62,157 nt of DNA. It comes from Histomonas meleagridis 2922-C6/04-290x (lineage: Eukaryota > Protista > Parabasalia). The stretch is from contig JAANOX010000196.1 of the NCBI GenBank assembly GCA_020184695.1, forward strand, positions 1-62,157. The letters are read 5' to 3'. Every line of letters starts with the position of its first letter. The first letter of the stretch is position 1. The position numbers were made by a program, and so were the translations under genes. Under the pieces are notes generated by a model that worked only from the letters and a program-made list of their open reading frames with translations, was not told where the DNA came from and did no database searches. Positions 1-11,526 of the stretch are shown here, piece after piece.

Positions 1-5
1 ACACT

Positions 6-10
6 TCATT
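6..10 (+). promoter_or_regulatory. Initiator (Inr)-like element TCATT
   Basis: TCATT 8 nt before the LeuRS ATG; matches the trichomonad TCAY initiator consensus. Confidence 0.6.
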
Positions 11-17
11 TTTTAAA

Positions 18-3000
18 ATGTCTGCAAATAGAAAGGACCAAGAACAAAAAATTGATCTTTTTTCATATAAAAATGATGAACAACTTAGCAAATGCGTTAG
101 TCAACTACGTCCAATTGAACAACGATTAAACAAAGAATGGGTTGATGACAAAGTTTTCGAAATTGATGCACCAACAGATGGAGAAAAGCATGAGAAATAT
201 TTCATCACATTCCCTTATCCATATATGAATGGACGTCTGCATCTTGGACATATGTTCACATTTTCGAAGGCCGAATTCGAAGCAAGATATCAACGAATGA
301 AAGGAAAGTATGTTCTTTTCCCATTTGGATTCCATTGCACCGGTATGCCAATCAAAGCATCTGCGGATAAGCTTGCTCTTGAACTTGAAACAGGTAAAGC
401 AATTACTTCCAAAGGAACACATGCAAAAACAGCCGCAAAGACTGAAACAGGAGCTTCCCAATTTGATATTTTACGTCATTTAGGAGTTCCTGAAGATGAA
501 ATACCACAATTTAAAGATCCATTGAAATGGCTTGTCTATTTCCCTCCAATTGGAAAAGAAGATTTGATTGATTACGGGTCTGCAATTGATTGGAGAAGAA
601 GCTTTATTACAACATCGTTCAATCCATATTATGATCATTTTGTTGTTTGGCAATTTAATATCCTAAAAAGGAAAGGACTAATCACCTTTGGTAAAAGACC
701 AACAATTTACTCAATTAAGGACCAGCAGCCTTGTTTAGATCATGATCGTCATTCAGGTGAAGGTGTACAACCTCAAGAATATACATTGATCAAATTAAAA
801 CTTGTTGATCCTCATTCAATCGATGAACGATTTGATTCATCTTCACAAGTTTATTTATTAGCTGCAACACTTCGTCCTGAAACAATGATTGGACAAACAA
901 ATTATTGGGTAAAACCAAACGTTAAATATGAAGTATGCAAATCAATCGATGGAGTTTCGTTCTATATCACTGGTAAAAGATCACTCAAAAATTTAGCTGC
1001 ACAAAATCTTGTCGAAAGTAGTGAATCTCTTTATCAAATTGAAAGCCAGAAACTTATTGGCGCATTAGTGTCACATCCATCGATTCCTCATCAAATAAGA
1101 GGTTTACCACTTCTAGACATTCAAATGAATAAAGGAACAGGAATTGTTACATCAGTTCCTACCGATGCACCACATGATTATCAAGGAATTATTGACCTTC
1201 AAAAGAACAAAGAATTTCGTGAAAAATATAATGTAAAGCCTGAATGGTTGAATATCGATCCAATATATATTATACACACGGAAAAATATGGTGATTATGC
1301 TGCAAAAACAATTTTGGATCAAATGAAATCACTTTCTGCTTCAAAATCGGAAAAGTTGGATAAAGCTAAAGCACTTGCATATAAAGAAGGATTTTATCAT
1401 GGAACAATGATTATTGGGCCGTTCAAAGGAGAAAAAGTTATAGTTGCCAAAGAAAAAATGAAGAAACTTATGGTGGATGAAAATAGCGCTCTTACATATT
1501 ATGAACCAGAAAAAGAAGTTATATCTCGATCTGGTGATGAATGTGTTGTCATGTTTGTTGATCAATGGTATATCGAATATGGAAAAGAAGAATGGAAACA
1601 AAAAGTTGTTGAATATTTTAAAGAACATGTACAATGTTTTCATGATGAAACTCGTGAAAAGTTTCTTGCAACATTCGAATGGCTTGGACCATGGGCTTGT
1701 TCACGCCAATTTGGACTTGGCACAAAACTTCCATTTTCACAAGAATTTTTGATTGATTCATTAAGTGATTCAACCATTTATAATTCGTATTATACTATTG
1801 CACATCTTTTACAGGGTTCATTAAATGGTGATCAACCAGGGTTGGCACATTTAAGTCCAGAACAAGTGAATGATGCATTCTTTGATTGCGTTTTCCTTAA
1901 TGGCCCAGTTCCAGAAGGAATTGATAAAAGTATTTGCGATCGCTGTCGAAATGAATTCAACTTTTGGTATCCTGTTGATTGCAGAGTCAGTGGTAAAGAT
2001 CTCGTGACAAATCATTTGACGATGTATCTCTATAATCATGCTGCTATCTTTCCACAAGACAAATGGCCAATTGGAATTCGTGCAAATGGACATCTCAAAC
2101 TTAATAATGAAAAGATGTCTAAATCAACAGGAAACTTCCTTACGTCTGCCGAAGCCATTGAATTGTTTTCTGTGACAGGAGTTCGAATTGGTTTAGCTGA
2201 TGCTGGTGATGGTGCAGATGCCGCTAACTTTGATGTATCTGTAATCAAGAGTTCATTACTTCGTCTTTCTGCATTTAAAAAGTTTGTTCAAGAAACAGTT
2301 AATAATACAGGTAAAGGAAATCAACAAGTTCATGAAGGAATTGATGGTTTTCAAGATGAACTATTTGATGCTAAATTATCAAAAATAATCGAAGAAGTTA
2401 ATTCATCTTATATGAAATTAAAGTTTAGGAATGCACTAAAATGCGCATTCTTTGACCTACAAAACTCTTGGATGGAATACATTTCAAAGACAAATGCAAA
2501 AGGAATTAGTACAACTCTTCGACAAAAATATATTGAAACATTTCTTGTTCTTTTAACTCCAATCATTCCACATTATACAGATTATATTTGGAGAGATATT
2601 CTTGGTAAACCTTCAACAATTATCAATGAAAAGATGCCAGAGCCTTATCCTTATAATCCAAACTTGTTCTTCATGGATCGATTGATTCGTAAATTGTCAG
2701 ATACTTTCAGATTCAGAGTAAAGGCATTGAAAAAAGTTAAAGGATTAAACAAAGCTTGCATATTCGTTAGATCGAAATTCAACGAAATTCAATTGCATGT
2801 CCTAAAAATTTTAAGAGAGAATTATGATGTTAAGGAAAACAAATGGAATGCAGATCTTAACAATATTGTCAATAACGATGAATTCCTGAACAATGTTAAG
2901 AAAGAATCAAAAAATGCTGCACAGAAATTCATGCCATTCTTGAAGTTTTTGCAAGACTCTGTCCCAGAATTTGGTACATTTTTGCTAAACGATATCCCAG

Positions 3001-3185
3001 AAATTGATCAAGTACAATTGTTCAAAGATAATGCCACATTCTTCCTGAGACAACTTCAAGGAATAGATTCAATTGAAGTTATTGATGTAGATTCAATGAA
3101 AATTGATCTGCCTTTATGGGATGAACAGTTGGTAAACGCTGCTCAAGTTTACATCCCAACAGCAAATCTTGCCAAAGTTGACTAA
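18..3185 (+). CDS. LARS: Cytosolic (eukaryote/archaea-type) leucyl-tRNA synthetase
   Basis: PYPYMNGRLHLGH (HIGH motif), KMSKS, TLRPET and GTG of the CP1 editing domain, 1055 aa; stop is TAAA. Confidence 0.97.
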   Translation: MSANRKDQEQKIDLFSYKNDEQLSKCVSQLRPIEQRLNKEWVDDKVFEIDAPTDGEKHEKYFITFPYPYMNGRLHLGHMFTFSKAEFEARYQRMKGKYVLFPFGFHCTGMPIKASADKLALELETGKAITSKGTHAKTAAKTETGASQFDILRHLGVPEDEIPQFKDPLKWLVYFPPIGKEDLIDYGSAIDWRRSFITTSFNPYYDHFVVWQFNILKRKGLITFGKRPTIYSIKDQQPCLDHDRHSGEGVQPQEYTLIKLKLVDPHSIDERFDSSSQVYLLAATLRPETMIGQTNYWVKPNVKYEVCKSIDGVSFYITGKRSLKNLAAQNLVESSESLYQIESQKLIGALVSHPSIPHQIRGLPLLDIQMNKGTGIVTSVPTDAPHDYQGIIDLQKNKEFREKYNVKPEWLNIDPIYIIHTEKYGDYAAKTILDQMKSLSASKSEKLDKAKALAYKEGFYHGTMIIGPFKGEKVIVAKEKMKKLMVDENSALTYYEPEKEVISRSGDECVVMFVDQWYIEYGKEEWKQKVVEYFKEHVQCFHDETREKFLATFEWLGPWACSRQFGLGTKLPFSQEFLIDSLSDSTIYNSYYTIAHLLQGSLNGDQPGLAHLSPEQVNDAFFDCVFLNGPVPEGIDKSICDRCRNEFNFWYPVDCRVSGKDLVTNHLTMYLYNHAAIFPQDKWPIGIRANGHLKLNNEKMSKSTGNFLTSAEAIELFSVTGVRIGLADAGDGADAANFDVSVIKSSLLRLSAFKKFVQETVNNTGKGNQQVHEGIDGFQDELFDAKLSKIIEEVNSSYMKLKFRNALKCAFFDLQNSWMEYISKTNAKGISTTLRQKYIETFLVLLTPIIPHYTDYIWRDILGKPSTIINEKMPEPYPYNPNLFFMDRLIRKLSDTFRFRVKALKKVKGLNKACIFVRSKFNEIQLHVLKILRENYDVKENKWNADLNNIVNNDEFLNNVKKESKNAAQKFMPFLKFLQDSVPEFGTFLLNDIPEIDQVQLFKDNATFFLRQLQGIDSIEVIDVDSMKIDLPLWDEQLVNAAQVYIPTANLAKVD

Positions 3186-4117
3186 ACTTTTTTATCCATC
3201 AATCACTATATAAAGCACATTTTATATAAAAGAGTATGTTGTGAATCGATTTTGATCGTTTTATCAGAAAATGTTTACAGTGCCGACCACAAAAAATTGA
3301 CCGTTGAAAGCTAAAAATTGTCCACTTTTTAACACAAAAATATCTGATTGTCTTTTAGGCATTTAAACTGTCCATTGGACATTAAGAAATTGTTGGCACT
3401 GTAACAATAAAATGACTTTATTGACCGTTTATTAATTGATAGTGTTGCTGTCACTTTTGGCAATGACGAATTATTATTATGTGCTCAATAGTGACTTCGA
3501 TTTCTGATTCCCTGCTAACATCATCAAAACCATAAAGAATTCTTGCATAAGGATGTGTTGTATATGTCTTTGAAAAGGTAAAATCTTCTTGTTTCTTCAC
3601 ATTATTGATTATTAACCTCATCGGACTTTAAAAAAACAATCAACAGCCAAATCTTCACGTATATTAACATTTTGTTCTATTTGTGACCCTAATTTTATAG
3701 CTTCCATTTCTTTATTTCGTAATGATTCTTGATAATGATTTCACTTTTACCGATAGATCTGTGTTCAAAAAGTGAAAGTGTCAAAAATATACGATTAAAA
3801 TTAGTTGAAAATGAGTTCGAAAAAAAGTCGATGAATCAAAAGTGTATTCAAAAAGTGGTTATTTGACAAAATATTAAGCTAATATCAAACACATTGTAAA
3901 GTATTCAATATTTTTGTCGTTTGACTTAATGAAAAAATTCCATTACCAAAAAATTTTTTTGAATTGAATATGATCTTTCACAGTATCTTTTGACATTTTG
4001 AATTGATTTCGATCGTCCTGTAAAAGTGGAGAACCATTATTTTGTGTAAAAAATTTAAAATTTTAGATTTTGACAATTTATAAATTTTGTCAGAAATTTA
4101 AAATCATTATCTTCATA

Positions 4118-4122
4118 TCATT
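4118..4122 (+). promoter_or_regulatory. Inr-like element TCATT
   Basis: TCATT followed by a T-run and ATG at 4129. Confidence 0.5.
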
Positions 4123-4128
4123 TTTATA

Positions 4129-5031
4129 ATGCCAATAGGGTTAAAGTTACTTGGATATGATATTGCCCAAGAGCCATTTTACAATGATAAGCTTACCAAA
4201 GATCCATTAATTAATGACACTATTCATGATTACATTTTGATAGAGAAATTGATAAAAACAAATTCATCAATCATATATAAAGCTCTTGACATCCACAATA
4301 AACATGATGTTGTTATGAAATTTATCAAACGAAAAAGTGATTCCCTCGACAGAATATCCAATGAAGTTTTTATCATGAAAAGATTTCATCACGAACGTAT
4401 TATCACACCTATGGAAGATTTTTTGTACAATGAATTTGTATGCATTGTTACCCCATATGCAAATCATGGTAGTCTTCAAAGCGTTATTTCAGAAATATAT
4501 CCTACAGGAATTCCAGAAGATATTGCAAGAATTATAATGATGCAAATGGCAGAAGCCATCGCAGTCATCCATAGTTCTTTTGTTTGTCATAATGATATCA
4601 AACCAGATAATTTCTTAGTCACATATATGGACCAAACCTTTATTAATGTGCTCTTAACTGATTTTGGAATATCAAGTGATTGTAATGACATAATTAATAT
4701 GACCAAAAAATATGGAACAATGAATTTTATTGCACCTGAATATTTCGACACAACTCCACATGATTTATCAGCTGATATATGGTCTCTTGGCATTTCATTT
4801 TTTATTGTGTTAACTGGACAATTTCCATTTTCAAGATATGAACGTTTTCCAAATGATTGCATCAGATCAATCAGAAGGGGAAAATTGAACTATTCATTAC
4901 TTGAAAGCATGAAGATTTCGAGAGATGCTATTAATTTAATTAAGGAAATGTGCGCTGTTGATCCAAAGAAAAGGCCTACTATTGAAAAAGTTCTTAACCA
5001 CCCATTTTTCAGCCAATCAACTCGCCATTGA
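4129..5031 (+). CDS. Ser/Thr protein kinase, CAMK-like, divergent
   Basis: VVMK lysine, HNDIKPDN, DFG, APE, DIWSLG, RPT...HPFF. Confidence 0.9.
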   Translation: MPIGLKLLGYDIAQEPFYNDKLTKDPLINDTIHDYILIEKLIKTNSSIIYKALDIHNKHDVVMKFIKRKSDSLDRISNEVFIMKRFHHERIITPMEDFLYNEFVCIVTPYANHGSLQSVISEIYPTGIPEDIARIIMMQMAEAIAVIHSSFVCHNDIKPDNFLVTYMDQTFINVLLTDFGISSDCNDIINMTKKYGTMNFIAPEYFDTTPHDLSADIWSLGISFFIVLTGQFPFSRYERFPNDCIRSIRRGKLNYSLLESMKISRDAINLIKEMCAVDPKKRPTIEKVLNHPFFSQSTRH

Positions 5032-6110
5032 TTGACTTTAAATAAGTCTCTCTGTCAACATGCTTTTTTAAAGCAGTTTTTCTGCCGAGTTAGTAAAAAA
5101 CATATAAAAAATTTGAAATTTGTAAGAAAAGAGGTGCTATCAAAAAAAATTTACGATGGAATTTCTCGAAACTTCTACCATAGATAGAGGAATATACCTA
5201 TGTATATATAAACACTTTTTTTGGATTTGTCCTGTACGTTTTGGAGAAAAAGTGAAATTACGAATAATGAGATCTCGTAATTTATTGTCTTTTTTGTACC
5301 TTTGATTATTTATAACATTGAATTATTAAACATATTATTTACTCTAAAATTAAATATTTTCGACCTAAAACACGCCCGAACTTTACTAAAAACATTGAGT
5401 TTTCTGAAACAATTACGAAGTTTAAGGTGAGATTTATTTAATTCGTGGATTCTCTATATTATCATGTAAATTGGTATAATATTTATCATTAAAGCAATAA
5501 TAATGCATAAAAGTATAAGTATCTTTTATAACCAAGTCATACTTTCGAAGAATGAACGCCCAAATCAGTGAAGAAATAGAAGGAGAAGAGGAAAATATGT
5601 GATACTTACCAACTATGTTAATAAGAATAATGTTAATAATATAAATAATGTTTAATAAATGTTAGTGTTGGATTTGAAAATAAATGATTTGATTTGTAGC
5701 AATGCTTTTTAAAATTAAAAATTAATATAAAGATTTTTAATAATATTTTAATTTTTATTGATAAAACGTTTCTTCCTAATAGATAATTCGAACAGAGACC
5801 TACCAATGTTTTCATAATCCATATGATTATTTGAAACATACAAAAAATCTTTTCATGGAAGGACTGATTAGTCCCCCAGATTATTTTTGGTCCAGAGAAT
5901 TATAAAGACTTTTTATCGAAATTTAATTTTAATATAATAATGAAGATATGATATTTATATATGTACATAATGTAATTTGAAAAATTTCATAAAATAATTG
6001 GGAAAAAAATATTTTATTAACAAATTTTAGGACAAAGATAAATTCGTTTTGAAAATAAAGAACGTTAAGTGACTTCACGTTGTCATGTTTTTAGTTGAGG
6101 TGATGTCAAT

Positions 6111-6118
6111 AACCGTTA
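6111..6118 (+). promoter_or_regulatory. M3/Myb-type core promoter motif AACCGTTA followed by Inr TCAC
   Basis: Fits the DRCSGYTD-type trichomonad motif; TCAC at 6122-6125; ATG at 6143. Confidence 0.45.
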
Positions 6119-6142
6119 AAATCACAAATTCGAAATTTAGCA

Positions 6143-9100
6143 ATGGGTCTTTCTGCCTCCCGAAGTGATTTTTATGTTGTTAGTGAAGGAGAAAATAAAA
6201 ATAATTTAAATAACGGATCAGCACAATCACAAGAAATATATAAGCCAATTACTCAACATCATTATTTAGTTGATTATCTAGTCGAATCTGGAAAATGGGA
6301 AGAACTTCTTCAAGCTATTTTGGAATTAAATGGTTCCATTCCTAGTGAATTATTCTCTTTTACATGCGAACAATTATCAAAAATGCCAAAATCTGTATTA
6401 ATTACTGTTCTTGACATCATTCGAATACAATATGATATATTAGCAAAGCTTAGAAAGCATCCATCAGAGGAAGAAATTTCTGCAATTCATGAATGTTTCA
6501 ATAATGTTCAAGAACATTCATGGGTTTTAAGTCAATTTTCGAATGTTGTTCCATTATTACCTATTTCTATTTTAGAACCAATATTTCAAACATTGCTTGA
6601 TTTTGATAAAACAACAGTTAAACTTCCAGTTGCTAAAATTCCACCATATGCCACTGAATATGACATTAATTCATTTCCATTTTCTGCTTTCAAAAAACGC
6701 GATGATGTTTTACCTGTTTTATTATCAGTTCTTGAAAAAAGTTTGAAAAAAGATACCCACACAACAAAATTAAACATTCTTAAAGATTTAAATCAAAAGA
6801 AAATCATTGAAATTCGTCAAATGTTAATTAAAGTACCATTTCATGAGCAACATCCAGATAATGTTTTATCAATAATAACATCGAATCCAAAAGGTGTTTT
6901 TTATACATTAAATCAATATCTAAAGAAAGAAGAATTAGTTAATTCTTATTTCTTACCTGCATGTGAACTTGAACTAAATGGCGATTCCAAACAACATGTT
7001 CTAAAGGATCTTTCCATCGAAATGATGACTGATAATAATTTAGCATTTGAAGTACATAAAATGCGTCAACTTGGAGGTCGTTATGAATCGTTTTGGCAAT
7101 ATTTACTTAAGAAATTAAACGAAAACGTAATACATTATTTCATTGATTTAGAGCAAGCAACTTTATTCCAAAAAGTTATTGATACATTAAAACCTAATAC
7201 AAGTCAAACATTTTCATTACTTTCATTCGATGAAGCAATTACAATTATAACTAATACAATTAATGCTGTTTTTAATGCACGCGAAAGTATTGTTCAAGTA
7301 GATGTACGTAAATATAGTGATCTCCTTCTTCGTTTGATCCCAAATTTATGGGCAACATATCAAACATTTCCTGTTAGTTCTTTATCAGCATTTGAAGGAA
7401 CACGTGATGGTTATCGAAGTGTTTTAAATTTCATTGATCAAGATTTAAGGGATAAATTAATTGCTGCATCAGTTAGAGATCCATTAAGTGACGATTTTGC
7501 TGATTGGGTTAAAGTTGCAGGTGTTACAGCATTATCCGCACCTATTCTTCAACTTTCATCACCAAGGAAAACGCAATTAATTATAAAAGATAATGATGTA
7601 ACAGTTGATGAACATTGTTTTGTTACTAATTCTAATGGAGAAAAAATACATTTATCTGAATATAAAATATTAACATGTAAATTTTGGGAATCTAAAACGA
7701 GTTTACTTGATGATGGATATGAATTCTTATTAAGAAATACAATGGAATTATTAATTGATTCATTATTTTTAAATGATAAAGAATATATGAAAAAAGCAAT
7801 TGATTCACATATTCGTATGTGTGAACTTTTGTTAAAAGTTTATCATTCTGAAAAAGAATCATTCCAAATGACATTACTCTCTGAAGTTGTATGTACTCCA
7901 ATATCAATGGAAGTTGGTTCACTTGTTTATGGTTCTAAAGAATATGCAACTTTATTATTTAACAAAATCCTTCAAAGAATGAAATTTGTACAAATGCATA
8001 AAGTAATTCTTTCTTTAATATGCACAAGTTATTGTGAAGAATTACCTCATTTAGATGAAACTGCATCATATGTTTTGGAATTAGTTTTACCTTATGCACA
8101 ATCAATTGCAAAAATTACAGGAATACAAAAGAATGCTCCTCCATTATTTACTAGAGTTTATCCTCTTAATAGAACTGATTACAAAACATATGTTAAAAAT
8201 TTGGTTAATGCATTATCAAAAACAAAAGTTTCACATATTAAAATCGGTGAAACTTCTCAATATCAACAAATAGAAGTTATCGATCCAAAAATATTATTAA
8301 ATTATGAAGAAATAATGAGAACACCCAAAGTTAGAATTGGTGGCTTATCATATGTAAAATGTTTAGAATTCTTTTATAAAGAAATTCAAACAATACAAAA
8401 ACCAGTAAATTCAGAAAAGCCATCAATTGCTTTTCTAATACAATTTCAAACATTTTTAAAGAAATCTTTAGCGGATGTTATTAACATTGAATTAAGACAA
8501 CCAACATTTAATGATTTAGATGTAAAAATTGAAGAAATGAGTTTGAATCCTAAAATTGAACTTTCTCAGACAAATTATGAATTCTTTAAATCTATTTCAA
8601 ATGATTATAAAATATTTTCATCATCGAATTTATTTGAATTAATTAAAACTCTTCAATTATATGATTTTTATCATGGAGATGATGAAACTATTTTGTTTGA
8701 TCCACCATTAATTACATTTAAATTAAATATTAAGACACCAATTGCATTTGAATTTAGAGATAAGTCAAGAAAACTTCTTCGAAATGAAATAGAAACTGAA
8801 GCAAAATTAATCCAAAATAAAAATCAAAAAACTTTAGATTTACTTAATGCCGAAAATAATTTACGTGATTTCCATTCAGAAAATGAATTAATAAAACCAC
8901 AAAAAATCTCAAAGCCAAAATATATTGAAACATTATTAAAGCCACAAGATGATCAATTAATATATGAACCATATCTTAAAGTTGCTAAAGCATTAGAATC
9001 AATTCCAATTGATCAAATCTTCAAAAACGAAAATTTGACCAATTTTGTCACATTAATAACACCTGTTTTAAGTGATGAATTCCTTATTAAATTATTTGAA

Positions 9101-10885
9101 ACATTTGTTATGCAAACAAAGTCACGTCAATCAATTTATTCTAAATCAACCAAAATTTTCCAAGAATTATGTCATAAACGTCGTAGTTCTATTTGGCCGA
9201 AGATTTCTGAACAATTTTCATTACTTTGTCCACTTACAGAATATGATATTCATTTTTCTGCTTCTACATTTGATGTTTTCATTCGTAGAGCATTACTTAA
9301 TAATGACGTTGAGTTAATATCAAAGATATTATCAAGTCCACTTTTCTCTAATTTGATTTATACAACTGTTCCACAAGTTATATATTCTGTTAAAGACAGA
9401 ATTTTGTTTATAAAGAATTTACTTGATATCGCACAATCATCAAATTGTAAGATCAATGAAAATGGTTTATCTTCATTAGTTAAATTATGTCTTGACAATA
9501 ATATCATTGGATTAGTTGAAGCGCCACAATATTGTATTGATTTCATTACATTTGCAGCAAATAATTCGAATTCTTTAATAGTTTCTCAATCAATTTTCTT
9601 ATCAGTTGGACAATATTATATTAATTTATATAACATTGGCTTAACACTAACAAATTCAGCAAAGCAATTAAGTGATGCATTAGAAATTTGTTATTCTAAA
9701 CATCCAAATGAGTTAACTGTAATTTCTGGAATAATAATCAACAAACAAATCGCACGTAGAGCAATTGGAATGAATCAAATTATATCCGATATGAAAGTTG
9801 ATATTAACATTGACGGATTTTCTAATATTAAAAATGGATCAAATGAATGGAAATCATTATCTGAATCTTTCATCACTAAATTCGTTTGTCAAGCATTAAA
9901 TTCAAGCGATAGTTTCATGGTGGAATATGCAATCGAAATATTGCCATCAATTAATATCGAAGCTTCAGCACTTCAAGAAACAATTATTCCATTCATAATT
10001 AACAAATTAAATGGTAATTCATTACTTGAACTTAGTGAACAACTGTTTAAGTTTTGCGTTACATTATGCGCAAGTTCAGATAATTCATCTTTGATTGATT
10101 CATTTGTTTCTTCATTTAAATCTCTTCAAAATGAATTTAATGCAATAGCTAAAGAACAATTAATGACAATTCTTGGTAATAATAATCCAATTACTAATGT
10201 ATCATTAGAATGGAGTCGTCGTTCAACAAAACCATATAAAATCATTGGCACCACATTAAATGAAGAAGTTGTACATAAGTTTAAAGAAAACAAATCAAAT
10301 GACTTACAAAGACTTTCTTCAATATGTAAGAAGATTAATGAAACAATTCAACCATTACTTGTGTTAACTGATAATTTTGTTTACTTTAGAGATACAGTTA
10401 ATGTTATAGGTAATGAACATTTTATGAATTTCGCCAAAGCATTAGATAATAAGTCAGAAGCATTAAAACATTTCTTAGTGTTGTTAGGAAATGAAACTAA
10501 AGTTGAATTCGGTAATGAAATTTATAACTCATTGAAGTCCAACTTTACAATAGAACATCTTTACAGTATATCCAAATGGAAGAACGTAAGAACCGAAGTG
10601 AAACAAATGGTAACAAACGAAGTGAAGAAGTGTCTTTCTGAGTCTTCTGCTGATTCCGTTCTCGAAATATTTACTCAAATTTCGCCAATTTTATTTGGTA
10701 ATGATAATCAACAACAAACAAGAGGAAAAGTTATTCAGGTTAAAACGACAACAGGAAGAATTATCGACGTGGAACTTGAGCCGGGAATGTCGAACGCACA
10801 GCTTGTTGCGAAAATTGCGCAAGTTCAGGGAATTCCCGAATCAGAAGTAAGAGTTCTGGATCAGGGAAAACAAGTAAACAATTAG
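6143..10885 (+). CDS. 1580-aa helical protein with predicted N-myristoylation and a C-terminal partial ubiquitin-like segment
   Basis: Long uninterrupted ORF; N-terminus MGLSAS (MGxxxS); last 51 aa align without gaps to ubiquitin residues 2-52. Confidence 0.85.
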   Translation: MGLSASRSDFYVVSEGENKNNLNNGSAQSQEIYKPITQHHYLVDYLVESGKWEELLQAILELNGSIPSELFSFTCEQLSKMPKSVLITVLDIIRIQYDILAKLRKHPSEEEISAIHECFNNVQEHSWVLSQFSNVVPLLPISILEPIFQTLLDFDKTTVKLPVAKIPPYATEYDINSFPFSAFKKRDDVLPVLLSVLEKSLKKDTHTTKLNILKDLNQKKIIEIRQMLIKVPFHEQHPDNVLSIITSNPKGVFYTLNQYLKKEELVNSYFLPACELELNGDSKQHVLKDLSIEMMTDNNLAFEVHKMRQLGGRYESFWQYLLKKLNENVIHYFIDLEQATLFQKVIDTLKPNTSQTFSLLSFDEAITIITNTINAVFNARESIVQVDVRKYSDLLLRLIPNLWATYQTFPVSSLSAFEGTRDGYRSVLNFIDQDLRDKLIAASVRDPLSDDFADWVKVAGVTALSAPILQLSSPRKTQLIIKDNDVTVDEHCFVTNSNGEKIHLSEYKILTCKFWESKTSLLDDGYEFLLRNTMELLIDSLFLNDKEYMKKAIDSHIRMCELLLKVYHSEKESFQMTLLSEVVCTPISMEVGSLVYGSKEYATLLFNKILQRMKFVQMHKVILSLICTSYCEELPHLDETASYVLELVLPYAQSIAKITGIQKNAPPLFTRVYPLNRTDYKTYVKNLVNALSKTKVSHIKIGETSQYQQIEVIDPKILLNYEEIMRTPKVRIGGLSYVKCLEFFYKEIQTIQKPVNSEKPSIAFLIQFQTFLKKSLADVINIELRQPTFNDLDVKIEEMSLNPKIELSQTNYEFFKSISNDYKIFSSSNLFELIKTLQLYDFYHGDDETILFDPPLITFKLNIKTPIAFEFRDKSRKLLRNEIETEAKLIQNKNQKTLDLLNAENNLRDFHSENELIKPQKISKPKYIETLLKPQDDQLIYEPYLKVAKALESIPIDQIFKNENLTNFVTLITPVLSDEFLIKLFETFVMQTKSRQSIYSKSTKIFQELCHKRRSSIWPKISEQFSLLCPLTEYDIHFSASTFDVFIRRALLNNDVELISKILSSPLFSNLIYTTVPQVIYSVKDRILFIKNLLDIAQSSNCKINENGLSSLVKLCLDNNIIGLVEAPQYCIDFITFAANNSNSLIVSQSIFLSVGQYYINLYNIGLTLTNSAKQLSDALEICYSKHPNELTVISGIIINKQIARRAIGMNQIISDMKVDINIDGFSNIKNGSNEWKSLSESFITKFVCQALNSSDSFMVEYAIEILPSINIEASALQETIIPFIINKLNGNSLLELSEQLFKFCVTLCASSDNSSLIDSFVSSFKSLQNEFNAIAKEQLMTILGNNNPITNVSLEWSRRSTKPYKIIGTTLNEEVVHKFKENKSNDLQRLSSICKKINETIQPLLVLTDNFVYFRDTVNVIGNEHFMNFAKALDNKSEALKHFLVLLGNETKVEFGNEIYNSLKSNFTIEHLYSISKWKNVRTEVKQMVTNEVKKCLSESSADSVLEIFTQISPILFGNDNQQQTRGKVIQVKTTTGRIIDVELEPGMSNAQLVAKIAQVQGIPESEVRVLDQGKQVNN

Positions 10886-11031
10886 TTAACTGAAATTATT
10901 TTGTATATTTCCTTTGAATATAAATAATGAATTACTGAATAAAATAAAATGTGATAATCGAAGCCGTTCAATGAAATGCATATGAATCAGAATGTATTAT
11001 TAAGGAAATGAAAAACAATTTTAATTTTAGA

Positions 11032-11210
11032 ATTGTTATTGGAATAATTGTTTTTACTGTTATTATTTGAAGTACACAACTACATCAAAAGACAAAAATG
11101 AGCTTGAAAACGACAATGTAACTTATGAAATCAGTAATTAATAATGGATCTACGTTTAACGATATTGAAGAAGATCCAATTGCGAATGATTTTAAAGAAC
11201 AAATATTACT
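11032..11210 (+). pseudogene. Orphan 3' relic of a surface-protein gene (TM remnant plus DP..DFKE tail)
   Basis: IVIGIIVFTVII* followed in broken frames by NDIEEDPIANDFKE, resembling the tails ending at 51498 and 51918. Confidence 0.5.
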
Positions 11211-11526
11211 TATGAAAAAATATAATTTAAACTTAAATAAAAATTTCGTTTTTTTTTTTTTTTTAAAAATAAATTTTCTTATATTTATTAGATATTGTAA
11301 TTAAGCATTTTATAGCATAAATTTGCAATTCAAATTCAATTTTTTGAGCTTCATAAATTACCAATTATGTGTTAATATAAAACTGATTTGCTTTGATTTA
11401 ACAAATACATTAGAAATAAAAATATTATTTATTAACACCAGTTCTATTAGAGAATTTATTTTCATATTAAAAAAATATTTTATTTAACATATTCCGACTC
11501 TTAAACTTTATTTTGGATTTTTACAT

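Noticed and set aside
3400-3720. Possible decayed minus-strand ORF fragments between LeuRS and the kinase
   Set aside because: Short broken frames with no recognisable motif.
4071-4092. TGACAA...TTGTCA imperfect inverted repeat upstream of the kinase
   Set aside because: A single short instance in AT-rich DNA; chance cannot be excluded.
5552-5602. 16-aa acidic micro-ORF (MNAQISEEIEGEEENM) after a TCAT Inr-like element
   Set aside because: Too short to distinguish from chance or a gene remnant without expression data.
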